This document shows positions 8,725 to 17,988 of a stretch of DNA of 64,000 nt, one piece after another. A program made the translations under genes and the position numbers. This DNA comes from Vicinamibacterales bacterium (lineage in GTDB: Bacteria; Acidobacteriota; Vicinamibacteria; Vicinamibacterales; UBA8438), in the NCBI GenBank assembly GCA_965207615.1, contig CBDBMZ010000003.1, forward strand, positions 139,854 through 203,853, in the 5' to 3' direction. Each line of letters begins with the position of its first letter. Within the stretch, counting starts at the first letter, position 1. The notes under the pieces are model-generated. The model had not been told where the DNA came from, searched no databases, and saw only the letters and a program-made list of their open reading frames with translations.

Positions 8725-8759
8725 CGACACGATCTTCGTGCTCGACGGCGTGCTGTACC
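8713..8759 (+). repeat. 47-bp direct repeat, copy 2
   Basis: See copy 1. In frame it reads DDTIFVLDGVLYH, which resembles the Tn3-family TnpA motif RD(S/A)TxVLDGLLYHE. Confidence 0.9.
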
Positions 8760-8775
8760 ATAGAAACGAGGACGG

Positions 8776-9303
8776 TCAGTTCGGAAAACCCCGCGTCAGA
8801 AGTCCATCGAGCGCCAGCTTGAACCACGCAGTGTATCCCGTCGGACGCTCTGCGAGCTCCCTTTGAATCGTGGGCACGGTCGCCCACTTCCATTCCTCCA
8901 CTTCTTGGTCGTCCGGTGCCGGAACACCACAGAACCGCCCAATCAGCACGTGATCGAACTCATGCTCCACGAGTCCGCCGTCCGTTGCTGCCCGGTACAC
9001 GAAGCCGAACACGACCCGCAGCGGGCAGTTGAACCCCATTTCCTCCTTCAACCGGCGCTCAGCAGCCCCAATCAGGGACTCTCCCGCCCTCGGATGGCCG
9101 CAACAGGTGTTGGACCAGAGACCGCCCGAGTGGTACTTGCCGGCCGCGCGCTTCTGCAACAGCAGGCGGTCGGTTTCGTCGAAGACGAAGATCGAGAACG
9201 CCCGGTGCAGGATTCCGTTCCGGTGAGCCGCCATCTTCTCCACGACTCCCGTTTGCCGGTCGTCGCCGTCGACGGCAATCAGGAGCGTATCGGAATCCTG
9301 CAT
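8776..9303 (-). CDS. idi: Isopentenyl-diphosphate delta-isomerase, type 1 (Nudix fold)
   Basis: LHRAFSIFVFD..LLLQKRAAGKYHSGGLWSNTCCGHPRAGE..AAERRLKEEMG matches the type-1 IDI signature, including the catalytic Cys and Glu context. Confidence 0.85.
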   Translation of the reverse strand: MQDSDTLLIAVDGDDRQTGVVEKMAAHRNGILHRAFSIFVFDETDRLLLQKRAAGKYHSGGLWSNTCCGHPRAGESLIGAAERRLKEEMGFNCPLRVVFGFVYRAATDGGLVEHEFDHVLIGRFCGVPAPDDQEVEEWKWATVPTIQRELAERPTGYTAWFKLALDGLLTRGFPN

Positions 9304-9382
9304 GGGTGTTCACCTCTTAACCGCGGCATCGACGGAATCGTCGACTGGATGTTTGCCGCCGGGAAGTCGTCGGCCCGCCGGG

Positions 9383-10651
9383 TCACCATTCTCGCGAATC
9401 TTCCTCGAACACCGAGGTCGGCAGGCTGTAGGAATGCTCGTACTCGCCGAGATTCGAGACTTCGAGCATGCTCCTGAACCGCGACCTCGACCGATACGCG
9501 GCCAGCGGCGGCGCGAGCCTCCGCAGCATCCTGTCGCCGAAATTGCGCAGCCGCAGCAGCGGAAGCTCCTTCTTCAGTCTTCCGGCGGGGAACCTCAGCT
9601 CGTCGGCCAGCCCGTCCCCGATCATTTCCCGCGACACCTGGTACATGTACTTCGCCATGGCGCGCCGCGCCTTGGGTTCGGTGAACCCCAGAACGATCGG
9701 CGCGCTGTTGACGATGCTGTTCGCCATGATGATCGCGTCCTCGTCGGGCCGCGGCTCGCACAGCGCTCCAATCTCGAACCACCTGACCGACGAGGCGTAG
9801 TCCCGGAACAGGATCTCGTCGGGTATCCCCATGAGGCGGCCGGTGTACCGCCAGACGTGCACGTACCCCTCGCGTTCCCGGTCGCTGAAATCTCCGCCGA
9901 GGTTCGATACATGCTGCAGCAGCCTCCCCGAGAAGGCGGCGGCGCCGAGCAGCATGTGCGCCGCGCTGAGGGGGACCCCGTATACCGACCGGTCCCATTC
10001 GTCGGAAGTCGAGACCAGCCGCCTCGCCTGCGCGTGCACGAGCCGGATCCTGAGGCTCAGCTTCCACCCGTCGCCGCCCGGCTCGATGCCTCCGGGCAGG
10101 TACTGTTCCAGGAGCTGCAGCAGGTTCTGCTTGAGCCGCCGCACGCCGTTCGTCATGATGCGGCTGCGAATGCGGAACGACTTGCTGATGAGCGTGGAGA
10201 AGCCCTCGATGATGGCGCCGCCCACCAGGGCGCCCATCACCATCTCGGAGTTGCGAAGGAAGGCCCGGGTCGCGTCGCGGGCGAGATCGCGGTCGAACCA
10301 GTCGGGCACGACGCCCGAGTCAGCAATCAGGTCACGCAGCGACTTGGGCGTGTCGGCCGGCAGATCGCTGAAGCTGTCGAGCGTCCTCGCGATGATTCCG
10401 TGCACGTCCGCCGGCGACGCGTTCGCCGCCAGCTCGGCGACCACCGCGTCGGCCACCGGGTCCCCCAGGGTCGTGTGGCGGATGTACCTCTCGGCCAGCA
10501 CGGGGTCGACCTTGCGGGCGGTTTCGTAACCGGCGACGTAGGCGGTCGGGATGTTCATCATGCCGGAGAAACGCTCGGTGAGGGGGGGTGCGCAACGAGG
10601 AGCGGAACCGCCTGCGTCGGGTGAACGCGGCGGCGCGGTCATCGCCGTCAC
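9383..10651 (-). CDS. MpaB/DUF2236-family oxygenase (the family that includes the latex-clearing protein Lcp)
   Basis: Length and the ..LSLRIRLVHAQARRL.. (R-x-x-H-A) block are typical of DUF2236. Its start overlaps the upstream P450 stop by 4 nt. Confidence 0.65.
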   Translation of the reverse strand: MTAMTAPPRSPDAGGSAPRCAPPLTERFSGMMNIPTAYVAGYETARKVDPVLAERYIRHTTLGDPVADAVVAELAANASPADVHGIIARTLDSFSDLPADTPKSLRDLIADSGVVPDWFDRDLARDATRAFLRNSEMVMGALVGGAIIEGFSTLISKSFRIRSRIMTNGVRRLKQNLLQLLEQYLPGGIEPGGDGWKLSLRIRLVHAQARRLVSTSDEWDRSVYGVPLSAAHMLLGAAAFSGRLLQHVSNLGGDFSDREREGYVHVWRYTGRLMGIPDEILFRDYASSVRWFEIGALCEPRPDEDAIIMANSIVNSAPIVLGFTEPKARRAMAKYMYQVSREMIGDGLADELRFPAGRLKKELPLLRLRNFGDRMLRRLAPPLAAYRSRSRFRSMLEVSNLGEYEHSYSLPTSVFEEDSREW

Positions 10652-12048
10652 CTCGGGCGCTCCCGGATGGTCACTCGAAAGCCGAGGACGCCTACCCCGA
10701 TGTTCTCGCGTTTCGGCGGGCGGCTCGACGCCGGCTCGATCCGCAGGCGCTGGGTCATGGTCGCCAGCGCCAGGACGAACAGCATCGCCGCCAGATCCGC
10801 GCCGGCGCAGGTGTGCGGGCCGCTCCCGAAAGGGATGTACGCCTGTTCGTGTCGGACCGGTCCGTCACGCCGCGAGTCCTCCAGCCAGCGTTCCGGCCTG
10901 AACTCGCCGGCCCGCGTCCAACCGTCGGCGCGGTGGTGGAGCACACGCATGCCGACGTACACCAGCGTTCCCTTCGGAACCGGATAGCCGCCCAGCACGC
11001 AGTCTTCCTCCGCCCGCCTGGCCCGCATGACATAGGGCGGCGGCTCCAGACGCAACGTCTCCTTGAACACCGCCTGCACGTACTCGAGCCTCTGCAAGTC
11101 GCCCGGCTCCACCGGCCGGTCCCCCAGCACGTCCGAGACCTCTCTCTCCACCCGATCCCGGATGGCCGGATCGCGTGCGACGTGGTGCAGCGCGAAGCAC
11201 AACGCGGCCGTCGGCGCATCCGTGAACGCGCACAGGAAGGCGATGATCTCGTCGCGCAGCGCCCGGGGGCTCGGGTACGACCACCCGCACAGACCCCGGC
11301 GCGCGGCCCGGACGAGGTGTGAAACCAGATCGCGGCCCTCGTGGGCGGGGTCGCCGGCGCGTTCGATGGCGCCGTATATCGCCGCGTCCAGCGCCGCGGT
11401 ATCGGGCGCCCGCCCCATCTTCTTGATGGACTGGCCGAACGGCAGGAGATCCAGAAGCATCGCGGCTTTCAACAGCCTGCAGATCCGCAACCCCTGATCG
11501 CGGTCCGCGTCGCGGCCGAGGACGGCCTCCGCCAGGGCGTCCCACACGTAGCGCTCCACCTCCGGCCGCAGATCCAGCGCCCGCCCCGGCGCCAGCCTCT
11601 CTCGGAGCCTCAGGGCGTGCCGGCCGATGACCTCCGCGTAGCCGGGAAGGCGGTCCTTCGTGAACGCCGTGGCCATGAGCTCGGCGCGCCGGCGGTGCTC
11701 CTCGCCGTCGTGCACGGGCAGGCAGCCGTGCTCCATCAGCGGGTTCGGCTCCCGGCCGCCGGGCGCCCAGGGCGGAAAGGACTCCGCCCGCGTGACGAGG
11801 ACCTCCCGGACGAGGTCGGCGTTGAAGACCGCGCAACACCTCAGGGAAGGAAGACTGAAGAACACGATGTCTCCATGGTCCCGGTAGAGCCGCTCCATGA
11901 ACTCCGGAAAGCCGGTGAACCGCTCGACGTAGTTGCGCAGCCGCCGGCCCCGCGGTCCCGGGGGACGGGCCGGCTTGTCGTCGGCGGAACGCTGCCCGGC
12001 CATGTCCTCCGAGCTGGGAGCCGGCTCTTCTTTGGCGGAACGCTGCAT
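10648..12048 (-). CDS. Cytochrome P450
   Basis: Heme loop FGSGPHTCAGADLA (FxxGxxxCxG) and the ETLRL (ExxR) motif. The N-terminus carries PPGPRG. Confidence 0.9.
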   Translation of the reverse strand: MQRSAKEEPAPSSEDMAGQRSADDKPARPPGPRGRRLRNYVERFTGFPEFMERLYRDHGDIVFFSLPSLRCCAVFNADLVREVLVTRAESFPPWAPGGREPNPLMEHGCLPVHDGEEHRRRAELMATAFTKDRLPGYAEVIGRHALRLRERLAPGRALDLRPEVERYVWDALAEAVLGRDADRDQGLRICRLLKAAMLLDLLPFGQSIKKMGRAPDTAALDAAIYGAIERAGDPAHEGRDLVSHLVRAARRGLCGWSYPSPRALRDEIIAFLCAFTDAPTAALCFALHHVARDPAIRDRVEREVSDVLGDRPVEPGDLQRLEYVQAVFKETLRLEPPPYVMRARRAEEDCVLGGYPVPKGTLVYVGMRVLHHRADGWTRAGEFRPERWLEDSRRDGPVRHEQAYIPFGSGPHTCAGADLAAMLFVLALATMTQRLRIEPASSRPPKRENIGVGVLGFRVTIRERPR

Positions 12049-12067
12049 CGCGATGTCCTTCTTCGAA

Positions 12068-13477
12068 TCAGCTGCCGGGCTCCCGTCGCTCGACGCGCGC
12101 CCGTATCGGCCCCTTCACCCCCAGCCCGAGCAGCTCGGCCCGGAACGGCGTGGGTGATTCGAGGGTCAGACGCATGCCCTGCGCACAGCCCGCGAGGGTC
12201 AGCACGACGAGCACGGTGGCGAACTCCCAGCCGAGGCAGCTGTGGGGCCCGATGAAGAACGGCGTGCAGGCATGGTCGGGACGGGAACCCCCCGAGCCGT
12301 CCATCCAGCGCTCCGGGCGGAACTCCGCCGGCCGCTCCCAGACCGCGGGGTCCCGGTGCGATTCGCCGAGGCACGGTTGCGCAATCGTGCCCCTGGGAAT
12401 CCGGTAGCCGCCGACGACGCAGTCCTCCGACGCCTGCCGCCAGTGCGACGTGCCGGCGTAGGAAGGTGGTCTCAGCCGGAAGCTCTCGCTGGCGACGGCC
12501 CGTGCGTACGGAAGGCGGTCGAAGTCGGCCCCGGCGACCGGGCGGTCACCGAGCACGTCGTCGACCTCCCGCTCCAGCCGCTCGCGAACTTGGGGATTCC
12601 GATCGAGCAGCTCGAGGCTCCACACCAGCCCCATCATCGGCGAGTCGATGGAGCCGAGCACGATCATGTAGATCTCGTCCCGCAGCTCCCGGTCGCCGGC
12701 GGCGAACGGGCAACCGTCCTGCGCGTCGGCGGTGCGGACGACGTGGGAGACCATGTCCTCGCCGCCGTGCGAAGGGTCGCGGGCCTTCCGCATGGCGGCG
12801 TACACGGCGTCGTCCATGCGCTCGATGGCGCGCCGGGCGCGCCGGTTCGCGGGCAGGGGCAGGCGCTTCAGCGCGCCGGACGCCGGGAGGTAGCTCAGCG
12901 CCCAGTCGCGCTTTATCGCCGCGCCGGCATCCCACGCCACTTCCGGCGGAACCCGCGGCTCGCGGCCGAGGAGGGCGTCGAGCAGAGCGCCGCACGCGAG
13001 GCGGCCGGTCTCGGCCTTGTAGTCGATGGTCTGCCCCGCCCCCCAGCGCTCCTTCATCTCGTGGATGTTGTCGGCGATGAGGTCGGCGTAGCGGCGCATG
13101 CGGCGCTCGACGAACGCGCCCCCGAACACCTCGCGCACGCGTTGGTGGTGCTCGCCGTGGTCGCGCGGCATGCAGGGCGTCGCGATGACCCCGAAGCCCG
13201 CGGGATCGTTGAACGCCGGGAACATGTCGGCCTTCTCGACGAGGACCTCGCGGATCAGGTCCGCGTCGAACAGGGCGCAGAAGTCCAGGCCCGGAATCCG
13301 GTAGTGGACGATCCTTCCGTATTCCTCGTGAAGCCGCCTCATCATGCCGCGAAAATCGCGCGAGCGCTCGATCAGGTTGCGTATCCGCCGTCCCTTCGGA
13401 CCGGGAGGCAGTCGCCGATTGCCGTTGTCGGAGCCCTGCATCGATCGCCGTTCCTTTCCTGTTTTCCCTTCCCGCAC
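12068..13477 (-). CDS. Cytochrome P450, paralogue of the downstream one
   Basis: Heme loop FFIGPHSCLGWEFA and the ESFRL motif. The N-terminus PPGPKGRRIRNLIERSRDF parallels PPGPRGRRLRNYVERFTGF of its neighbour. An alternative start is the ATG at 13441. Confidence 0.9.
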   Translation of the reverse strand: MREGKTGKERRSMQGSDNGNRRLPPGPKGRRIRNLIERSRDFRGMMRRLHEEYGRIVHYRIPGLDFCALFDADLIREVLVEKADMFPAFNDPAGFGVIATPCMPRDHGEHHQRVREVFGGAFVERRMRRYADLIADNIHEMKERWGAGQTIDYKAETGRLACGALLDALLGREPRVPPEVAWDAGAAIKRDWALSYLPASGALKRLPLPANRRARRAIERMDDAVYAAMRKARDPSHGGEDMVSHVVRTADAQDGCPFAAGDRELRDEIYMIVLGSIDSPMMGLVWSLELLDRNPQVRERLEREVDDVLGDRPVAGADFDRLPYARAVASESFRLRPPSYAGTSHWRQASEDCVVGGYRIPRGTIAQPCLGESHRDPAVWERPAEFRPERWMDGSGGSRPDHACTPFFIGPHSCLGWEFATVLVVLTLAGCAQGMRLTLESPTPFRAELLGLGVKGPIRARVERREPGS

Positions 13478-13528
13478 TCCGCGCCCGCCGCCCGCGTCGC
13501 AACGCGCCGCGCCCGTCCGCGCGCCGTG

Positions 13529-16500
13529 TCAGCCGACCGGCGCCGGCCGTGCCGTTGCAGCCGGCCCGCTCATGGCCGTTCGGGGCATCGTGACGCCGAA
13601 GTACACGGTGGCCAGGGCCGGCACGACCAGCATCAGGATCGCCGTCGCGAACAGCAGCCCGAAGCCGAGCGAGACGCCGAGCGGGCTGAGGAACTGCGCC
13701 TGAATGCTCCGCTCGAAGATCAACGGTGCGAAGCCCAGGAACGTCGTCAACGACGTCAGCATGATGGGGCGGAAGCGCCGCTTCGCGCCGTCGATGACCG
13801 CGGTCCTCACGGGCGCCCCGAGCCTGAGCCGCTCGCAGATGAAGTCGATCATCACGAGAGAGTCGTTGACGACGACGCCGGTGAGTCCGATGACGCCCCA
13901 CATGGACGTGGCGCTCAGACCGATGCCCATGATGAGGTGGCCGAGGACGGCCCCCACGATGCCGAACGGTATGGCCGCCATCACGAGCAGCGGCATGGTG
14001 TATGAACCGAACGGAATGGCGAGCAGCGCATAGATCGCCAGCAGGGCGAGAAGCAGACCGCGGGTCAGCCCCTCGAACGACTCGGCCTGCTGCTGTTGCT
14101 GGCCGCCCACCGCATACGTCAGACCCGGATAGGCGCTCTCGAGCTCGGGCAGCGCCGTGGCCGTCAGCACCGCGGTCGCTTCGCCGCCGGTGATGACGCC
14201 GTCGTCGACGTCCGCCGTGACGGTGACGATGCGGCGGCCGGCCTTGCGCCGGATCGACGACGGCGATTCCCCCAGGCTCACGGTGGCGACCCGGCTCAGG
14301 GGCACGTCGGCGCCGCCGGGCGTGCGGATGAGGTAGTCCTCGACGTCGGCTATCGTGTCGCGGTCCTCGGGCGGCAGCCGCACGTAGACGCGGACATCCT
14401 CCCGCCCGCGTTGCACGCGCAGGGCCTCTTCGCCGAAGAACGCCGCGCGCACCTGGCGGGCCAGCGCGTCGAGCGTCAGTCCGAGGGTCCGCGCCGCGGG
14501 CCGCAGCTCGATCTGCAGCTCCTGCACGCCCGACGCGTGGTCGGAGCGCACGTCGAAGACCCCCTCGATCCCGCGCAGGCTGTCGACGACCGACTCGGCG
14601 ATCGGACCGAGGCGGTCCGGCTCCGGGTGCGCCAGCTCGACCTGCACCGGGACGCCGAGGTCGAGCAGGTCGGCGCCGAAGGTCAGGCTGCGCGCGTCGG
14701 GAGCTGGGCCCGCCTGCCGCCGCCAGGCCTGCGCGAACGTCTCCGCGGCGATGTCCCGGACCTCGGCGGCAGGCAGCCTGAACTCCACGGCGGCGACGTT
14801 GGCCCGGGGATTCAGGTCGGGCGTCTGCTCGATGGAGCCTCCCAGGGTTCGCGCCCTCGCGCCGACCGTCAGGTTCACACCGGTCAGCAGATCGGGCGCG
14901 CCGTCGGGGCGACCGCGCGACAGGTCGTCGATGGCCCGTCGCCCGGCCGCTTCCAGCTCGCGCGCCAGCTCGGCCGTTCGGTGCGCGGGAGTGCCTTCCG
15001 GCATCACCAGGCTGGCCGTGACGATGTCCGATTCGACGTCCTCGATGAAGATGACGGGGACCGTTCCCGATCCGACCAAGCCGATGCACAGGATGACGGC
15101 GGCCACGCCGCCCGCGATCACGACGGCCGGCTCGCCGGTGGCCAGCCGCAACCCCCGGTCGAGCGGCCCTTCGATGAACCACCGCAACCCGCCGTCCACG
15201 CGGCCCTGGATCCACGAGAAGAAGCGCTCGACCGGGTTGGCCGGCGGCAGCGCCGGGTCCGGCAGGTGGGACAGGTGGTGCGGCAGCACCAAGAGGGATT
15301 CGACCAGCGAGACCAGCAGCACCCCGATCAGGATGATCGAGAGCGGGCGCATCATGGCGCCGATGGGGCCGGGGACGAGCAGGAGCGGCGCGAAGGCGCC
15401 GACGGTGGTGAGGACCGCGAAGACCACCGGGCGCCCGACCCGTTGAGCGCCCCGAATCGCCGCCGCGAGGGGTGGCGTCCCCCTTCGCCGCTCGGCATGC
15501 ACGTTCTCGGCGACGACGATGGCGTCGTCGACCACGATGCCGACCGCGAGAATGAAGGCGAAGAGGGAGATGGTGTTGATGGAGACGTCGAACGCCAGCG
15601 CCACCGCGAGGGCGCCGACGAAGGAGATGCCGATGCCCGCCGCGACCCACGCCGCCAGGCGGATCTGGAGAAACATGGCCAGCGCCGCGAGGACGAGCAG
15701 CAGGCCCAGCGCGCCGTTCTCCCGCAGCAGGTCCAGGCGGCTCTCGTACACTTCCGCGTCGTTGTTCCAGATCTCGACGGCCACGCCAGCGGGCAGCGAC
15801 GGGACGACCTGCCGCGCCAGATGGTCTTCGACGGCGGCCACGACCTCCATGACCTGCTCGCCGGAGGACCGGTACACCTCGACGAACGCCGCCGGCCGTC
15901 CGTTGTAGCGGACGATCAGGTCGGTGTCGGCGAAGCCGTCGCGCACCGTCGCCACGTCGCCGAGGCGGACGGCGGTCCCGTCGGCCCTGCTCAGGACGAC
16001 GATCTCCTCGAAGTCGTGCTGGTGGTAGCGCCGGCCGGTGGTGCGGACGCGCACCTGCGCGTCGCGCGTCTCCAGGCGGCCGGCCGACAGGTCGAGCGAG
16101 CCCGCGCGGACCGCGTCGGAGACGTCGGCATGCGTCAGCCCCAGCGCGCGCAGCCGGTGCAGCGGTACCTCGACGGAGACTTCATAGGCGCGCACCCCGC
16201 TCGTCTCCACCTGGGAGACCCCCGGAAGCGCGGCGAGACCGTCCTCGATGCGGTACGCCAGCTCCTTGAGCGCGCGTTCCCCGACGTCGCCGTACACCAC
16301 CAGGCGAAGGACGCTCTGGCGGTTGGTCATCTCGCGAATCCGCGGGCGTTCGGCCCGGGCCGGCAGCGTCCGAATCCGGCCGACGGCGGCCTCGACCTCG
16401 TCGAGGGCGCGGCCCGCACCGGCGCCGGCCGCGAGTTCGACGACCACGGAGGCCAGTCCCTCGGCGGCGACGGACGTCACCTCGCCGACGCCCTCCAGCG

Positions 16501-16750
16501 TCCCGACCTGCTCCTCGATCCGGACGACTATCGACTCCTCCACCTCGTTCGGGGTCGCTCCGGGGTACGGCACGGTAATCTCGATGGCGTCGAGAGACAC
16601 CGTGGGAAACGGCTCCTGCACCAGGCCGGGCAGCGACAGCAACCCCGCCGCCACGATGAAGAACATCAGGAGGTTGGCGGCCACCCCGTTCCGGGCCATC
16701 CAGGCGACGGGCCCGCGCGATTCCTGCGCGAAGCGGTCGTCCGGGCTCAA
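13529..16750 (-). CDS. RND efflux transporter, inner-membrane permease (AcrB/HAE-like)
   Basis: 1073 aa. The N-terminus ..NGVAANLLMFFIVAAGLLSLPGLVQEPFPTVSLDAIEITVPYPGATPNEVEESI.. and the 12-TM architecture are typical. It overlaps the adaptor stop by 4 nt. Confidence 0.9.
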   Translation of the reverse strand: MSPDDRFAQESRGPVAWMARNGVAANLLMFFIVAAGLLSLPGLVQEPFPTVSLDAIEITVPYPGATPNEVEESIVVRIEEQVGTLEGVGEVTSVAAEGLASVVVELAAGAGAGRALDEVEAAVGRIRTLPARAERPRIREMTNRQSVLRLVVYGDVGERALKELAYRIEDGLAALPGVSQVETSGVRAYEVSVEVPLHRLRALGLTHADVSDAVRAGSLDLSAGRLETRDAQVRVRTTGRRYHQHDFEEIVVLSRADGTAVRLGDVATVRDGFADTDLIVRYNGRPAAFVEVYRSSGEQVMEVVAAVEDHLARQVVPSLPAGVAVEIWNNDAEVYESRLDLLRENGALGLLLVLAALAMFLQIRLAAWVAAGIGISFVGALAVALAFDVSINTISLFAFILAVGIVVDDAIVVAENVHAERRRGTPPLAAAIRGAQRVGRPVVFAVLTTVGAFAPLLLVPGPIGAMMRPLSIILIGVLLVSLVESLLVLPHHLSHLPDPALPPANPVERFFSWIQGRVDGGLRWFIEGPLDRGLRLATGEPAVVIAGGVAAVILCIGLVGSGTVPVIFIEDVESDIVTASLVMPEGTPAHRTAELARELEAAGRRAIDDLSRGRPDGAPDLLTGVNLTVGARARTLGGSIEQTPDLNPRANVAAVEFRLPAAEVRDIAAETFAQAWRRQAGPAPDARSLTFGADLLDLGVPVQVELAHPEPDRLGPIAESVVDSLRGIEGVFDVRSDHASGVQELQIELRPAARTLGLTLDALARQVRAAFFGEEALRVQRGREDVRVYVRLPPEDRDTIADVEDYLIRTPGGADVPLSRVATVSLGESPSSIRRKAGRRIVTVTADVDDGVITGGEATAVLTATALPELESAYPGLTYAVGGQQQQQAESFEGLTRGLLLALLAIYALLAIPFGSYTMPLLVMAAIPFGIVGAVLGHLIMGIGLSATSMWGVIGLTGVVVNDSLVMIDFICERLRLGAPVRTAVIDGAKRRFRPIMLTSLTTFLGFAPLIFERSIQAQFLSPLGVSLGFGLLFATAILMLVVPALATVYFGVTMPRTAMSGPAATARPAPVG

Positions 16751-17988
16751 CGGTCCGCTCCCGGTCCGGTGCGCACCGCCATGCCCTCGGTGGCCACCTG
16801 AAGCCCGCCCACGACGACGGCGTCGCCTTCCCGGAGGGGGCCGGTCACGAACAGGGCGTCGTCCGCGCGCTGCAGCACGCGCACGGGGACAATCGCCACC
16901 CGGCCTCCGCGCACCACCCAGACCTCGTCACCGGGCCTGAGGGCCGGGCGCCGAACCCGGAAGTAAGTGTCCGGGGCAATCCCCTGAATCTCGACCTCAA
17001 CGAACATGCCCAGCAGCAGCGGCGGGCCTCCGGACGGCACCGGCCGGCCGCCGCCGCTACCAGTCCCGCTGTCGCGCGCGTCCGCCGGGACACCGGCGGT
17101 GAACGGCCGCGGCACGCGGACGATCACGTCCAGCGTCCGCGTCTGTTCGTCGAGGGCCGTCTCCACGCGGTCCGCGTACCCCGGCCAGGCGTAGCGGCCG
17201 ACACCGTGCTCGGCGACCACGCGAACCGGGATCCGCCGGTCTGCCTCACCGGCCCGCAGGCTCCACAGGTCTGGCACGAGGGCGGCGTCCGCGTCGGACA
17301 GCGGAACCACGACCTCGACCGCGTCGGAGGCGTACAGCCGTCCGACGCTCTCGCCGGCGGCCACGACCTGACCGGCGTCGAGGGACTCGATCCGCACCAC
17401 GCCGTCGAACGGCGCGCGGACCTCGGTCCGGGACAGCGCCAGCTCGGCGTCCGCCAACTCGGCGTCGTGCCGGCGCAGAACCGCCTGCGCCGCCTCCAGC
17501 TGCGGCTGCCAGAGAGCCAGCGGGCCTGCATCCGCCGCCGGGGCGCCGTCCGCGCGGCGGCGCCGGAAGGCCTCGTACTGCGCACGCGCGATGCGCGCCT
17601 CTTCCTGGATGCGAAGAATCTCCACCTGCTGAACCGCGATGTCGGACCGCACCTGTTCGACACGGTTGCGGTAGCCGGCATCGTCGATGCGGAAGATGGC
17701 CTGTCCCTTGCCGATCCGCCCGCCGCTCTGAAAGGCCGGCTCCACCCAGGTGACCCGGCCCCCGACCTCGGCCGCGATATCGATCTCGGCGTGGGCCCGG
17801 ACCGTGCCGGCGGCCAGAACGGGAATGGCGCCGTCGCCGGCAACCACCGGCTCGGTGACCGCGAACGGCGCCCGCGGGGGCGGCTCCCGGCGCTCGGGCG
17901 CCGGGCGCGTGGAGATCAGGTAGCCGGCCGCGGCCAGCGATCCGGCCAGCAGGGTCACGACCATGACGAATCGCGGCAGTCGGCCCAT
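16747..17988 (-). CDS. RND efflux periplasmic adaptor (MFP/HlyD-like)
   Basis: N-terminal anchor, a coiled-coil hairpin (..QVEILRIQEEARIARAQYEAFRRR..LEAAQAVLRRHDAELADAELAL..) and beta-barrel segments. It abuts the OMF gene. Confidence 0.85.
   Translation of the reverse strand: MGRLPRFVMVVTLLAGSLAAAGYLISTRPAPERREPPPRAPFAVTEPVVAGDGAIPVLAAGTVRAHAEIDIAAEVGGRVTWVEPAFQSGGRIGKGQAIFRIDDAGYRNRVEQVRSDIAVQQVEILRIQEEARIARAQYEAFRRRRADGAPAADAGPLALWQPQLEAAQAVLRRHDAELADAELALSRTEVRAPFDGVVRIESLDAGQVVAAGESVGRLYASDAVEVVVPLSDADAALVPDLWSLRAGEADRRIPVRVVAEHGVGRYAWPGYADRVETALDEQTRTLDVIVRVPRPFTAGVPADARDSGTGSGGGRPVPSGGPPLLLGMFVEVEIQGIAPDTYFRVRRPALRPGDEVWVVRGGRVAIVPVRVLQRADDALFVTGPLREGDAVVVGGLQVATEGMAVRTGPGADR

Noticed and set aside
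12546-16801. 1034-aa (minus, 12546..15650) and 901-aa (plus, 14096..16801) ORFs overlapping the P450 and RND genes
   Set aside because: They are out of frame or antisense to genes with clear P450 and AcrB signatures. Their composition is Arg/Gly/Pro-rich, as expected for off-frame translation of 70%-GC DNA.
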